Assembly (NCBI GenBank): GCA_964565295.1 | Contig: CAZMDY010000001.1 | Location: 1-43,878 of the forward strand | From: an uncultured Aequorivita sp. | GTDB lineage: Bacteria; Bacteroidota; Bacteroidia; Flavobacteriales; Flavobacteriaceae | Direction: 5' to 3' | DNA length: 43,878 nucleotides | Shown here: positions 17,046-26,823 of the stretch, one piece after another | How the letters are laid out: each line of letters opens with the position of its first letter | Position numbering within the stretch: the stretch's first letter is position 1 | Position numbers and translations under genes: made by a program | Notes under the pieces: model-generated | What the model was told of the DNA's origin: nothing | The model's input: only the letters and a program-made list of their open reading frames with translations | The model's database searches: none

Positions 17046-19109
17046 ATGAAAGCGTTTTTTTCGTTCATACTTTTTTCCTGTTTCGCCCTTACTTCCGTTC
17101 AAGCCCAAATTTTGGATCCGGTCGACTGGTCCACAAGTGTCAAAAAAATATCAGAGACCGAATATGATCTTATCTCAACAGCCCATATTGACGAAAACTG
17201 GCATTTATATTCACAAGTAATTCCAGAAGATGGTCCATTGCCCACAGTTTTCACCTTTGAACCCAATAATGATTACCGACTGGTGGGCAAAGTAAAGGAA
17301 AGCGAAGGAATTACAGAACACGATGTGGTTTTCGATATGGTAATAACATTTTTTGCCGATACCGCTACATTTACACAAAGGATTGAACTTACCGGAAACA
17401 GAAGCACCACCGTTATCGGTGAAGTTGAGTTCCAGGTTTGCGACGATACACAATGCCTCCCGCCCACTTATGTTGATCTCGTTTTCAACATTCCTGCCCC
17501 AGTTGGTGGATCAGGTAGTACAAATCAAGTTCCAGACTCCGATTCCACCACTGCCCAGACCGAGCAAACCGCGCAAGAAATTCTTTTTGGGGATTCCACC
17601 GCCGAAGAAGTCCAACCTACTGAACAAACATCAAAAGAAACACCGCTTACCGCCCTTGAACAAAACAAAAAACAAGAGGAAAGAGGTCTTTGGACTATTT
17701 TCATTGTGGCATTTCTTTTTGGCTTTACAGCCTTGCTCACACCTTGCATTTTCCCGATGATCCCTATGACTGTCAGCTTTTTCACAAAGCAGAGCACGAC
17801 CCGTGCGGCCGGGATCAAAAATGCAATCATTTACGGTCTTGCAATAATCATCATCTATGTGTTTTTGGGCGCAGTTGTAACCTGGCTCTTTGGGGCTGAT
17901 GTTCTAAACGCAATTTCCACCAATGTTTGGTTCAATTTCTTTTTCTTTCTGTTAATCTTGTTTTTTGCATTCTCATTTTTGGGAGCCTATGAAATCACAT
18001 TGCCTAGTTCTTGGGCCACCAAAGCGGACAAACAAGCAGATCGCGGAGGATGGATCGGGATTTTCTTTATGGCATTGGCTTTGGCAATCGTTTCTTTTTC
18101 GTGTACCGGTCCAATCATCGGCTATCTCTTGGTGGAATCGGCCTCCCAAGGCGGAATCGCTCCCTTTGTGGGGATGTTTGGTTTTGCTTTGGCACTCGCC
18201 TTGCCTTTCGGCTTGTTCGCCGCTTTCCCAGGATGGATGAACTCATTGCCCAAATCTGGAGGTTGGCTAAACACCGTAAAAGTGTTCTTGGGCTTTTTGG
18301 AATTGGCCCTGGCCTTTAAGTTCCTTTCCAATGCCGATTTAGTTCTACAACTCCACTTGCTTGAAAGAGAAGTGTTCCTCGCAATCTGGATTGCAGTTTT
18401 TGGAACATTGGCATTATATCTCTTCGGAAAAATCCAATTGCCGCACGATTCTCCTGTAACAAACATCTCCGTAGGAAGGTTGAGCCTCGGACTTCTGGTC
18501 TTGACATTTACAATTTACCTTATTCCCGGTTTGTGGGGCGCTCCGTTGAAACTCATCAGCGGATTTCCACCACCAATGCAATACAGTGAATCGCCTTACG
18601 GAGTTGGTTATTCCAAATCCAGAGGTGGCGGATTAAGCGCAGCACAGGAATTCCCAGAAGGATCTCACTTGGGACCTCACGACATTATCGCTTTTAATGA
18701 TTATGAAACTGGATTGGCCTATGCCCGAAAAATTGGGAAACCAATTATGATCGATTTTACTGGACACGCCTGTGTAAATTGCAGAAAAATGGAGGAACGC
18801 GTATGGAGCGACCCGAAGATCCTGAAATTGCTGAATGAGGAAATTGTTCTAATTTCACTTTATGTTGATGATAAACGTCAGCTTCCCGAAGGTCAGGAAA
18901 TCATTTCGGAAATCTCTGGAAAAAAACTCCGATATATCGGACAGAAATGGAGCGAGTTTCAAATTTTAAAATATAAAGCAAACGCTCAACCGTTTTACGT
19001 TTTGATGGACCACGAAGAAAACAACCTCATCGATCCCGTAGGTTATACTCCAAATAGTGAGGAATATTACGCTTGGCTACGAAAGGGTGTCGATGCTTTT
19101 CACAAATAA
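17046..19109 (+). CDS. dsbD: Thiol:disulfide interchange protein, DsbD family
   Basis: Signal peptide; N-domain QVCDDTQCLPP; TM domain LTPCIFPMIP and FSCTGP; thioredoxin domain DFTGHACVNC. Confidence 0.9.
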   Translation: MKAFFSFILFSCFALTSVQAQILDPVDWSTSVKKISETEYDLISTAHIDENWHLYSQVIPEDGPLPTVFTFEPNNDYRLVGKVKESEGITEHDVVFDMVITFFADTATFTQRIELTGNRSTTVIGEVEFQVCDDTQCLPPTYVDLVFNIPAPVGGSGSTNQVPDSDSTTAQTEQTAQEILFGDSTAEEVQPTEQTSKETPLTALEQNKKQEERGLWTIFIVAFLFGFTALLTPCIFPMIPMTVSFFTKQSTTRAAGIKNAIIYGLAIIIIYVFLGAVVTWLFGADVLNAISTNVWFNFFFFLLILFFAFSFLGAYEITLPSSWATKADKQADRGGWIGIFFMALALAIVSFSCTGPIIGYLLVESASQGGIAPFVGMFGFALALALPFGLFAAFPGWMNSLPKSGGWLNTVKVFLGFLELALAFKFLSNADLVLQLHLLEREVFLAIWIAVFGTLALYLFGKIQLPHDSPVTNISVGRLSLGLLVLTFTIYLIPGLWGAPLKLISGFPPPMQYSESPYGVGYSKSRGGGLSAAQEFPEGSHLGPHDIIAFNDYETGLAYARKIGKPIMIDFTGHACVNCRKMEERVWSDPKILKLLNEEIVLISLYVDDKRQLPEGQEIISEISGKKLRYIGQKWSEFQILKYKANAQPFYVLMDHEENNLIDPVGYTPNSEEYYAWLRKGVDAFHK

Positions 19110-19147
19110 CTTACTTGGGATTCAGTGATGGATTCCTATAAATTGAA

Positions 19148-20110
19148 ATGATCGAAAATCCATATCCAGACCATTTACATCAACGGAGCCATAGCTTGGG
19201 AAGGAAGTTTGTAATGTTACTGTTTTTACCTGCCCTTTGTTTCGGACAGGAATATGTCGATATAGTCAAACTAAATTACAGCGAAACCTTCTATAATAAA
19301 TTTAAGGACGCTGAAGGCAACACCAACATAGAAGCCTTTGATGCCAAATTTACCATTCCAATCCCCATCAATGAAAAGCATGCATTCGTTACAGGCGCCG
19401 ATTTTGTCTATAATAATTTGCAGTTATTTCCTTACGCCGAGCGATCTTCGCTTTACAGTACCACCCTTAAACTCGGAATGGCTTCCAGTTGGAACGAAAA
19501 ATGGAGCACAACCGTAGTATTGCTTCCCAAACTTGCATCAGATTACAAACAGATTTTAGATGATGATCTTTATATCGGCGGACTGGCCATGCTTAAATAT
19601 GGAAAGAAAAAAAACTTTTTGTACCGCATTGGTATTTACGGTTCCCAGGAAGCATTTGGGTTTTTTACCACACCCATTGTGGGTTTTTATTATTTAAGCC
19701 CAAACAGCAGATTTGAAATGGACATGAGTCTTCCAATCACGGCCGATGTGAATTACAACTTGGGAATCGCGACGCTGGGGATAGACTATTCAGGCATCAG
19801 CCGAAGTTTTAAAATTCATCCCTACGATTCACCTATCCTTTATGCGGATGTAAGCTCGATGGAGTTTTCAGGATATGTACAGTTCAACATTGTTAAGAAT
19901 CGAATCTTATGTCGAAGTAAATTGGGCTATTCCAACAACAAATTTGATGTTTACCGGGAAAACGACAGAATTGATCTGGGTATTTCCGCTTTCGAGATAG
20001 GAGGCGATCGCCATCAACTAAACCCTTCTTTGAAAGGAAGTCTTTTTTTTAAATTCGAAATGTTGTATCGGTTCCAAATTCCAATATACGATCCTACGGA
20101 AAAACGATGA
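19148..20110 (+). CDS. Outer-membrane beta-barrel protein (DUF6268-like)
   Basis: Signal-like segment MLLFLPALCFGQ; alternating aromatic/hydrophobic strands, LLPKLASDY. True start is probably downstream of 19148. Confidence 0.6.
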   Translation: MIENPYPDHLHQRSHSLGRKFVMLLFLPALCFGQEYVDIVKLNYSETFYNKFKDAEGNTNIEAFDAKFTIPIPINEKHAFVTGADFVYNNLQLFPYAERSSLYSTTLKLGMASSWNEKWSTTVVLLPKLASDYKQILDDDLYIGGLAMLKYGKKKNFLYRIGIYGSQEAFGFFTTPIVGFYYLSPNSRFEMDMSLPITADVNYNLGIATLGIDYSGISRSFKIHPYDSPILYADVSSMEFSGYVQFNIVKNRILCRSKLGYSNNKFDVYRENDRIDLGISAFEIGGDRHQLNPSLKGSLFFKFEMLYRFQIPIYDPTEKR

Positions 20111-20196
20111 TTTGCTTTGGTTAAGATGGGCGCATCAAACCATTCACTCCCAACGGTCAAAGTTGGAATTTTCAAAAATTACCCTATCTTTAGGCT

Positions 20197-20547
20197 ATGG
20201 AAAGGACCTGTCCGGAATGTGGAAACAAAGTTAGAGGACGCGCAGATAAAGTATTTTGCAGCGATTATTGTCGTAATGTCCGCAATAATTCACTGAACAA
20301 GGACACAAAAAACATTGTAAGGACCACCAACAATTGGCTTCGAAAAAACTACCGTATCCTTGAAAAGCTCAATTCGGAAAGCAAAACCAAAACCACAAAA
20401 GAAAGACTGCTTCGGGAAGGATTTAATTTTGATTTCTTCACCAGTATCTACACCACAAAATCTGGCTCTACCTATTTCTACCTTTACGATCAAGGCTATT
20501 TACCATTGGACAATGATTTTTATTTATTAGTAAAAAAAAGCAGTTGA
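20197..20547 (+). CDS. Zn-ribbon protein (DUF2116-like), uncharacterised
   Basis: CPECG...GRADKVFCSDYCR, LRKNYRIL, GFNFDFFT, YDQGY. Confidence 0.8.
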   Translation: MERTCPECGNKVRGRADKVFCSDYCRNVRNNSLNKDTKNIVRTTNNWLRKNYRILEKLNSESKTKTTKERLLREGFNFDFFTSIYTTKSGSTYFYLYDQGYLPLDNDFYLLVKKSS

Positions 20548-20655
20548 AATTACATAAAAAACTTTTGTCTTATTAATCATCTTTCATCGCCTAAACAATC
20601 CCAGAACATCTTTTACTTTTTCAGTTTGAATTCAAAACACTCTTAGAACTTTTGA

Positions 20656-20663
20656 TACCTTTG
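20656..20663 (+). promoter_or_regulatory. Bacteroidota -7 promoter box (TACCTTTG) upstream of the kinase
   Basis: TAnnTTTG match 19 nt before the ATG. Confidence 0.5.
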
Positions 20664-20682
20664 GACAAACAAACGATTTTCC

Positions 20683-21774
20683 ATGACCATTGAAGACGAT
20701 TTAAAGGAACGGATCAAGGAACTTACTTGTTTATATGAGGTTTCGTCCATTATAGTGAACAACGATTATAAGGAATTGGACAAAACCCTGTATTCCATTG
20801 CATTGAGTGTTCAAAGGGCGTTGCTTTTTGACCAAGATGCAATAGTCGAAATCCAATCAGGGCCTTATCACCTCATTTCAGCAGCTCTTCCGCGGAAAAG
20901 CGTGATGATAGAAAGTGACATCAAGGTTTTCAATGAGCCTAAGGGAACTATCAAAATCCATTATCCTGCCAATAAGTACACCGCAAACGATTTTCTTCAA
21001 GAGGAAATGACCCTGCTAAAAACCGTTGCCGTGAATATTGGTGACCTTTTGGAACGCGCAGCAATCCGTGAAAACGAAGCCGTTATCAAAAGAAAGATGG
21101 AACATGCGGACCGTTTGAGCATTCTGGGTGAAATTACTGCAGGAATAGCCCATGAACTGAATACGCCCCTGGCCAACATCCTCGGATTCGCCGAATTACT
21201 GAAAAGCAAGGAAAATATAGATCCACAAAATGAAAAAGATTTAGAAAAAATAATCAACAGTGCCATTTATTCCCGAGAAGTGGTCAAAAAGTTAATGTTC
21301 TTTGCTTGCGAAATGCCGCAAAACATGACTGAAGTGGATATTGTTCCAGTGGTGAGCGACGCCATGAACCTTCTAGATTCCACTTTGAACAAGAATGAAG
21401 TACAGTATAAATTAAGCTTACCGAAAGAAGTAGTATTGATGCGTGTAGATACAATCCAACTAACGCAAGTAATCTTTAACCTGGTGTTGAACGCTATTTA
21501 TTTTTCACCAAAACACGGCCTCATCAAAATACGCCTGTCTCAAACTCCAACCAAAATTGTATTAAAAATTGTGGATGAAGGGCTGGGAATCGCCCCTGAA
21601 AATGTGGGAAAGGTATTCCAGCCATTTTTTTCAACCAAAGGAGTCGGCAATGGTTCTGGGTTAGGACTGAGCGTGGTCCATGGAATCGTCAAAGGACATC
21701 GTGGAAGTATTGAATACAAACCCAACAACCCAACAGGATCTATTTTCACCATTACCTTCCCAAAACAAGTCTAA
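20683..21774 (+). CDS. Cytoplasmic sensor histidine kinase (NtrB-like)
   Basis: H-box AGIAHELNTPL, N-box QVIFNLVLNA, DEGLGI, FQPFFSTK, GSGLGLS; no TM helix visible. Confidence 0.93.
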   Translation: MTIEDDLKERIKELTCLYEVSSIIVNNDYKELDKTLYSIALSVQRALLFDQDAIVEIQSGPYHLISAALPRKSVMIESDIKVFNEPKGTIKIHYPANKYTANDFLQEEMTLLKTVAVNIGDLLERAAIRENEAVIKRKMEHADRLSILGEITAGIAHELNTPLANILGFAELLKSKENIDPQNEKDLEKIINSAIYSREVVKKLMFFACEMPQNMTEVDIVPVVSDAMNLLDSTLNKNEVQYKLSLPKEVVLMRVDTIQLTQVIFNLVLNAIYFSPKHGLIKIRLSQTPTKIVLKIVDEGLGIAPENVGKVFQPFFSTKGVGNGSGLGLSVVHGIVKGHRGSIEYKPNNPTGSIFTITFPKQV

Positions 21775-21777
21775 GTT

Positions 21778-23097
21778 ATGCTTCAAAAAGAAAACATATT
21801 GATAGTGGATGATGATACTGGGATATTGGAGCTGATCCACCGGCACTTACATTCCATGGATTACCACACTTTTAAAGCGGTTTCGGTAAAAGAGGCTGTA
21901 GGAATTTTGCGCGATACCGAAATACACTTGTTGATTACAGACCTTAAAATGCCTGAAGTGGATGGATTTGAGTTGATACAATTTGTTTCGGAACATTATC
22001 CTGCCATCCCAAAACTTGTGGTAACCGGCTCCCCCTCAATTCAAGATGCACTTTCGGCAATTAAATCGGGGGTGGTGGATTATTTGGTTAAACCTTTTAC
22101 CAAAGCCGAACTAAAACAGGCCGTACAAAAGTCGTTTTCGCCCGTTTCCCAAAAAACGCAATCCCCCGCCATTTCAGCATCCAGAAAGTATGATGAAATT
22201 ATCGGCAAAAGTAGTCAGATCACGAAAGTGATCGATACAATAGACAGGATAAAAGATAATAAGGCCACCATATACATTAGTGGGGAAAGTGGTACCGGTA
22301 AGGAATTGGTGGCCCGTTCCATTCATTACAACGGTAAATTTTCTAGAGAGCCGTTCATTGCTGTAAATTGTGGAGGAATTCCCGAAAATCTTTTGGAGTC
22401 GGAACTTTTCGGCTATGTAAAAGGGGCTTTTACCGGTGCGGACGAGGACCGGGAAGGATTTTTTCAAGCTGCCGAGGGAGGAACCATTTTTTTGGATGAA
22501 ATTGGAAATGCTTCCTTTGGGGTCCAAGCGAGGTTATTAAGAGTACTTCAGGAAAAGGAAGTTATAAAAGTAGGAGCGCGAAAAAGCGAACGAATCGATC
22601 TACGAGTGATTGCCGCCACCAATAGCGATTTAAAGGAAATGGTGGCCAAGGAAACATTCAGGGAAGATTTGTACTATAGGCTTACCGTTGTTGAAATCCA
22701 CGTTCCGCCTTTGAGGGAACGAAAACAAGACATTCCTATTATTGCCGATAAATTTCTATATAAATATGGCAATGAATACAAAGGAAGATACATTACCATC
22801 GACCCAGAGGCAAAAGCTCTGATTCAACGGTATGATTGGCCTGGCAATATCCGGGAACTCGAAAATGTGATCCAAAGAGCGGTAATCATGTGCGACCGGT
22901 CCATTGGAATCCAAGATCTTCCTGAAACCTTAAAATACCAAATTGAATTTCCCGATGGAGGATTGCTACCATTAAAGGAAATGGAACGCAATTACATCAA
23001 AAAGGTTTTGGCAGCCACAAACAACAACCAGACAAAAGCAGCGGAAATTCTTCAGATAGATCGAAAAACTTTGCGTTCCAAAATCCGCGAAATGTAG
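21778..23097 (+). CDS. Sigma54-dependent response regulator (NtrC/AtoC family)
   Basis: Receiver IVDDD and TDLKMP; AAA+ GESGTGKE, GAFTGA, LDEI, FREDLYYRL, WPGNIRELEN; Fis-type HTH. Confidence 0.96.
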   Translation: MLQKENILIVDDDTGILELIHRHLHSMDYHTFKAVSVKEAVGILRDTEIHLLITDLKMPEVDGFELIQFVSEHYPAIPKLVVTGSPSIQDALSAIKSGVVDYLVKPFTKAELKQAVQKSFSPVSQKTQSPAISASRKYDEIIGKSSQITKVIDTIDRIKDNKATIYISGESGTGKELVARSIHYNGKFSREPFIAVNCGGIPENLLESELFGYVKGAFTGADEDREGFFQAAEGGTIFLDEIGNASFGVQARLLRVLQEKEVIKVGARKSERIDLRVIAATNSDLKEMVAKETFREDLYYRLTVVEIHVPPLRERKQDIPIIADKFLYKYGNEYKGRYITIDPEAKALIQRYDWPGNIRELENVIQRAVIMCDRSIGIQDLPETLKYQIEFPDGGLLPLKEMERNYIKKVLAATNNNQTKAAEILQIDRKTLRSKIREM

Positions 23098-23114
23098 CAG
23101 ATGACTTTAGAATA

Positions 23115-23149
23115 GGGGAACTTATACCCAAGATAGAAATAATTACCCA
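23115..23149. promoter_or_regulatory. Candidate tandem enhancer sites for the sigma54 activator
   Basis: GGGGAACTTATACCCA (23115-23130, imperfect palindrome) and TAGAAATAATTACCCA (23134-23149), 19-nt period, about 90-120 nt upstream of the -24 element. Confidence 0.45.
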
Positions 23150-23237
23150 ATGCAATGAAAACAACAGAATCTATCACGACACGATAACCCTCTAACTACC
23201 TGCAACTTATGTAAATTTTTAACTTATGTTTAATTAA

Positions 23238-23253
23238 TGGCACATAGGTTGTA
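23238..23253 (+). promoter_or_regulatory. Sigma54 (-24/-12) promoter upstream of the dehydrogenase gene
   Basis: TGGCAC-ATAGG-TTGTA matches TGGCAC-N5-TTGC(A/T) except C->T at -12; directly downstream of a GAFTGA activator gene. Confidence 0.72.
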
Positions 23254-23395
23254 GAAAAGGAAATCGGACCTAAGTATCTATTCTGAAAAAATGGAATGGA
23301 TAAGAAGCTCTTAAAAAGGAACAACTTTCGAAATGGGATTTAAACATAATTTCATTCAAAAAAATGCCCTCGGTAACTCTAAAAACCAAAAGAAA

Positions 23396-24691
23396 ATGAC
23401 AAACGAACAGACAGTGGAAGAACCAAAACCTGTTAAAAGAGGAATGTTGGACAATGTGTTGGAACAGTTCAACCATGCAGCCGACCAAATCAATCTGAAC
23501 CCGAACGTTCGGAAAATCCTTAGTATTACAAACACCGAGATCATTATTAACTTTCCGGTACGAATGGACAATGGGAATGTAGAAATATTCACCGGATATC
23601 GCGTGCAGCACAACAACGCATTGGGTCCTTATAAAGGTGGACTTAGATATCATCCTACCGTAGATATCAATGCCGCAAGAGCCTTGGCAATGTGGATGAC
23701 TTGGAAAACCTCTCTAGCCGGACTTCCTTATGGCGGTGCGAAAGGAGGAATCCAGATAGATCCGTCAAAATATTCTTCTGGGGAATTGGAACGGATCACC
23801 CGCCGATTTACCTATGCCCTTGGTGAAAACATCGGGCCAGAGCACGATATTCCCGCACCAGACGTGAATACCAATGCACAAACAATGGCATGGATTGCAG
23901 ACACCTACATGAGTACCAAAAGCACATCGGAACGTTCCAAAAACATGCACGTAGTTACTGGAAAACCCGTTGGAAGTGGCGGTCTTGAAGGTCGGGACCG
24001 CGCAACCGGATTTGGAGTTTTCCTGACCATTAAGTTCTGGGCTGAAAAAAAGAACATGAGCCTTAAAGGAAAAACCTTTATCGTACAAGGTTTTGGAAAC
24101 GTAGGATACTGGTCGGCACAATTTCTTCAAAAGGAAGGCGCCATAATGGTCGGCGTCCAAGATGCATTTGGAAGTGTGCAGCATAAAAGTGGAATCAATG
24201 TTGATGATTTGTTCAATTATAGCAAAGCAAATAATGGAAGTATCGTTGGTTTTCCAGAAGCTACTGCAATGGACGGAAAGGATTTCTTCGGTTTGGATTG
24301 TGATATCTGCATACCTGCCGCCTTGGGCAACCAGATCACAAAGCACAACGCCCATTCAATAAAGGCGAGCTTAGTGGCAGAAGGCGCAAACGGCCCAACC
24401 GATGTAGAAGGAGAGGCGATATTATTAGAGAGGGGTATCACAATAATCCCAGACATTATGTGCAATTCCGGTGGAGTTATTGGCAGTTATTTCGAATGGC
24501 TTCAGAACCGAAACGGGGAATTGTGGCAACTCAACGAAATTCTTGAGAAAATAGAGAAAAAACTTCGAACCACTTTTGAAAAAGTCTCTGAATATTCAAA
24601 AGAGAACAAAATCGATATGCGGACGGCCGCTTTTTCATTGGCGATAGAACGTATTGAAAAAGCGTATATTCTGAGAGGTATTTTTCCATAA
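23396..24691 (+). CDS. Glu/Leu/Phe/Val dehydrogenase, most likely glutamate dehydrogenase (RocG/GudB-like type)
   Basis: GYRVQHN, GPYKGGLRYHP, LPYGGAKGG, DIPAPDVNTN, VQGFGNVG, AEGANGPT, SYFEW. Confidence 0.92.
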   Translation: MTNEQTVEEPKPVKRGMLDNVLEQFNHAADQINLNPNVRKILSITNTEIIINFPVRMDNGNVEIFTGYRVQHNNALGPYKGGLRYHPTVDINAARALAMWMTWKTSLAGLPYGGAKGGIQIDPSKYSSGELERITRRFTYALGENIGPEHDIPAPDVNTNAQTMAWIADTYMSTKSTSERSKNMHVVTGKPVGSGGLEGRDRATGFGVFLTIKFWAEKKNMSLKGKTFIVQGFGNVGYWSAQFLQKEGAIMVGVQDAFGSVQHKSGINVDDLFNYSKANNGSIVGFPEATAMDGKDFFGLDCDICIPAALGNQITKHNAHSIKASLVAEGANGPTDVEGEAILLERGITIIPDIMCNSGGVIGSYFEWLQNRNGELWQLNEILEKIEKKLRTTFEKVSEYSKENKIDMRTAAFSLAIERIEKAYILRGIFP

Positions 24692-24711
24692 ATAATAAGA
24701 ATAACAAAGAC

Positions 24712-25185
24712 ATGACTATGGAATTCAAAACTAACGATGTCTCTTATTTCTCGGCAACCCCTACTAAAATGAAATATGGAAATTTGATATTGGAGAAAAA
24801 GGAATATGTCTTTCTAAAGCGGTTGCTGAACGTTTCCAATTATTATCAGGACCAAAACACCAAAGATTCCTTAAAAAAACTCAGTCAAGAACTGGCTCAT
24901 GCCATTATATATGACAACGAAGAGATCCCCGAGGATGTTATCCGTATAAACAGTATTGTCTCTGTTAAATCTGGGACTTGGCAATCAGAATTTCAGCTTG
25001 TAATCCCAACCGAACGCAATATGTCTGCTAACAAAATCTCCATTTTGGCACCAATGGGTTCAGCCGTAATAGGCTATGCACTTGGCGATTCTGTAGATTG
25101 GAATTTCCCCAAAGGGACAAAACAGCTCACTATTATCGGAGTAAAACAAGCAGAAAAACCCATTGATATTGATGTTTTATTGTAA
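24712..25185 (+). CDS. GreA/GreB C-terminal domain protein, Rnk-like
   Basis: IPEDVIRINSIV, ISILAPMGSAVIGYALGD; lacks the long Gre coiled coil. Alternative start at 24769. Confidence 0.82.
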   Translation: MTMEFKTNDVSYFSATPTKMKYGNLILEKKEYVFLKRLLNVSNYYQDQNTKDSLKKLSQELAHAIIYDNEEIPEDVIRINSIVSVKSGTWQSEFQLVIPTERNMSANKISILAPMGSAVIGYALGDSVDWNFPKGTKQLTIIGVKQAEKPIDIDVLL

Positions 25186-25268
25186 GCTATATCGAATGTT
25201 GCTAAATAATAAAGGAATTTTAAAGTAAGATGCTTTTTCCTACGCAGAAAAAAGAGCCAAAAATATCC

Positions 25269-26396
25269 ATGAACGAAAACCACCAACCAAAAACAATCGG
25301 AATCTTGAACACCCCCAATGATCCCAGGATTTGTTTGTTGCCAAAAGAAGTTAAACGTCTTATATCAGAATTGGAATATAGAGTTCAATTCGAACCAAAC
25401 TTGGGGAGCTCCCTACAAATTGACGACAACCAATACATTGAGTCTGGAGCTACATGTGTTTCTCGCGAACAGCTGCTCCAAACATCCGATATAATTGTGT
25501 CGGTGGACCATACTTTCAATGGCGAAGTCTTAAAGAAAGGCAGTGCATTTATAGGTATTTTCAATCCTCTTTTCCATTCTACCAAATTGAATATTTATAA
25601 ACAGCATGGCGCTACGGTCTATAGTTTGGATCTTTTGCCTCGGACCACTTTGGCACAATCCATGGATGTGCTTTCCTCAATGGCTTCTTTGGCTGGCTAT
25701 AGAGCTGTCATAAAATCCGCAACTCTTTTCAATGGGATTTTTCCTATGTTCACAACTGCCGCCGGGACTCTTACTCCTGCCAAAGTTTTGATTTTAGGAG
25801 CCGGGGTGGCAGGTCTACAGGCCATAGCTACGGCACGTCGTTTAGGGGCAGTGGTTGAAGCTTTTGATGTTCGCGCATCGGCGGGTGAAGAAGTAAGGAG
25901 TTTGGGCGCAAACTTTGTCGAAGTTGAAGGCTACACTGAATCGGCCAGTGCGGGCGGATATGCCGTAGAACAGACAGAGGAGTACAAACAAAAACAAAAA
26001 GAACTCATCCATCAACATATTCTTTCAGCCAATATTGTGATCAGTACGGCCAATATTCCTGGAAAAAAAGCTCCAGTGCTTATTGAAACCCGTTCGGTAG
26101 AAGCCATGCAGCCCGGCAGTGTAATAATCGACCTTGCAGCGGAACAAGGAGGAAACTGTGAACTTTCAAAAAACAACGAAACCATTGAGTATAAAGGAGT
26201 CACCATTCTCGGTAATTCAAACCTGTCGGCAGAGATATCAAATTCAGCCTCCCGTCTGCTTTCCAACAATTATTTTTCATTTCTGAAATATATGAATAAA
26301 ACGGATAAAGCAGACGACCCTTTACTCTCGGCAAGCAAGATTATAGACCAAGGACAATGGCACCATCCCCATTTTACACAACCCCAAACCAATTAG
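25269..26396 (+). CDS. pntAA: NAD(P) transhydrogenase subunit alpha, soluble domain I
   Basis: RQD loop PRTTLAQSMDVLSS, GAGVAGLQA, GGYA, DLAAEQGGNCE. Confidence 0.93.
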   Translation: MNENHQPKTIGILNTPNDPRICLLPKEVKRLISELEYRVQFEPNLGSSLQIDDNQYIESGATCVSREQLLQTSDIIVSVDHTFNGEVLKKGSAFIGIFNPLFHSTKLNIYKQHGATVYSLDLLPRTTLAQSMDVLSSMASLAGYRAVIKSATLFNGIFPMFTTAAGTLTPAKVLILGAGVAGLQAIATARRLGAVVEAFDVRASAGEEVRSLGANFVEVEGYTESASAGGYAVEQTEEYKQKQKELIHQHILSANIVISTANIPGKKAPVLIETRSVEAMQPGSVIIDLAAEQGGNCELSKNNETIEYKGVTILGNSNLSAEISNSASRLLSNNYFSFLKYMNKTDKADDPLLSASKIIDQGQWHHPHFTQPQTN

Positions 26397-26399
26397 ATC

Positions 26400-26696
26400 A
26401 TGGATTTTATAAACCAGCACATTCAGGAAATTTATTTTTTGATATTCTGTATTTTTATCGGAATAGAGGTCATCTCCAATGTGCCTCCAATTTTGCACAC
26501 CCCTTTGATGTCTGGCGCAAATGCCATTAGTGGTGTAATTTTGGTAGGCGCCATCTATATGATGCTCAACATTCCTGAAGACGATTATTTAAATCTGATT
26601 TTAGGAGGAATTGCGATTTTTCTGGGCACCTTGAACATTGCTGGTGGATTTTTCGTTACTGGAAGAATGCTCAAAATGTTCAATACCAAAAAATGA
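26400..26696 (+). CDS. pntAB: NAD(P) transhydrogenase subunit alpha, membrane part
   Basis: VPPILHTPLMSGANAISG, NIAGGFFVTGRMLKMF. Confidence 0.93.
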   Translation: MDFINQHIQEIYFLIFCIFIGIEVISNVPPILHTPLMSGANAISGVILVGAIYMMLNIPEDDYLNLILGGIAIFLGTLNIAGGFFVTGRMLKMFNTKK

Positions 26697-26823
26697 TCCA
26701 CTACAGGCCAAGCATCGATAACTGCTTCAAAACAGTCCACCACAATTCCTTGGCACCAACCATTTTATTTTACCCATTCAAAACCAACCTGTCTGAACGC
26801 AGACCCTGACAAAAAAATCTTCA

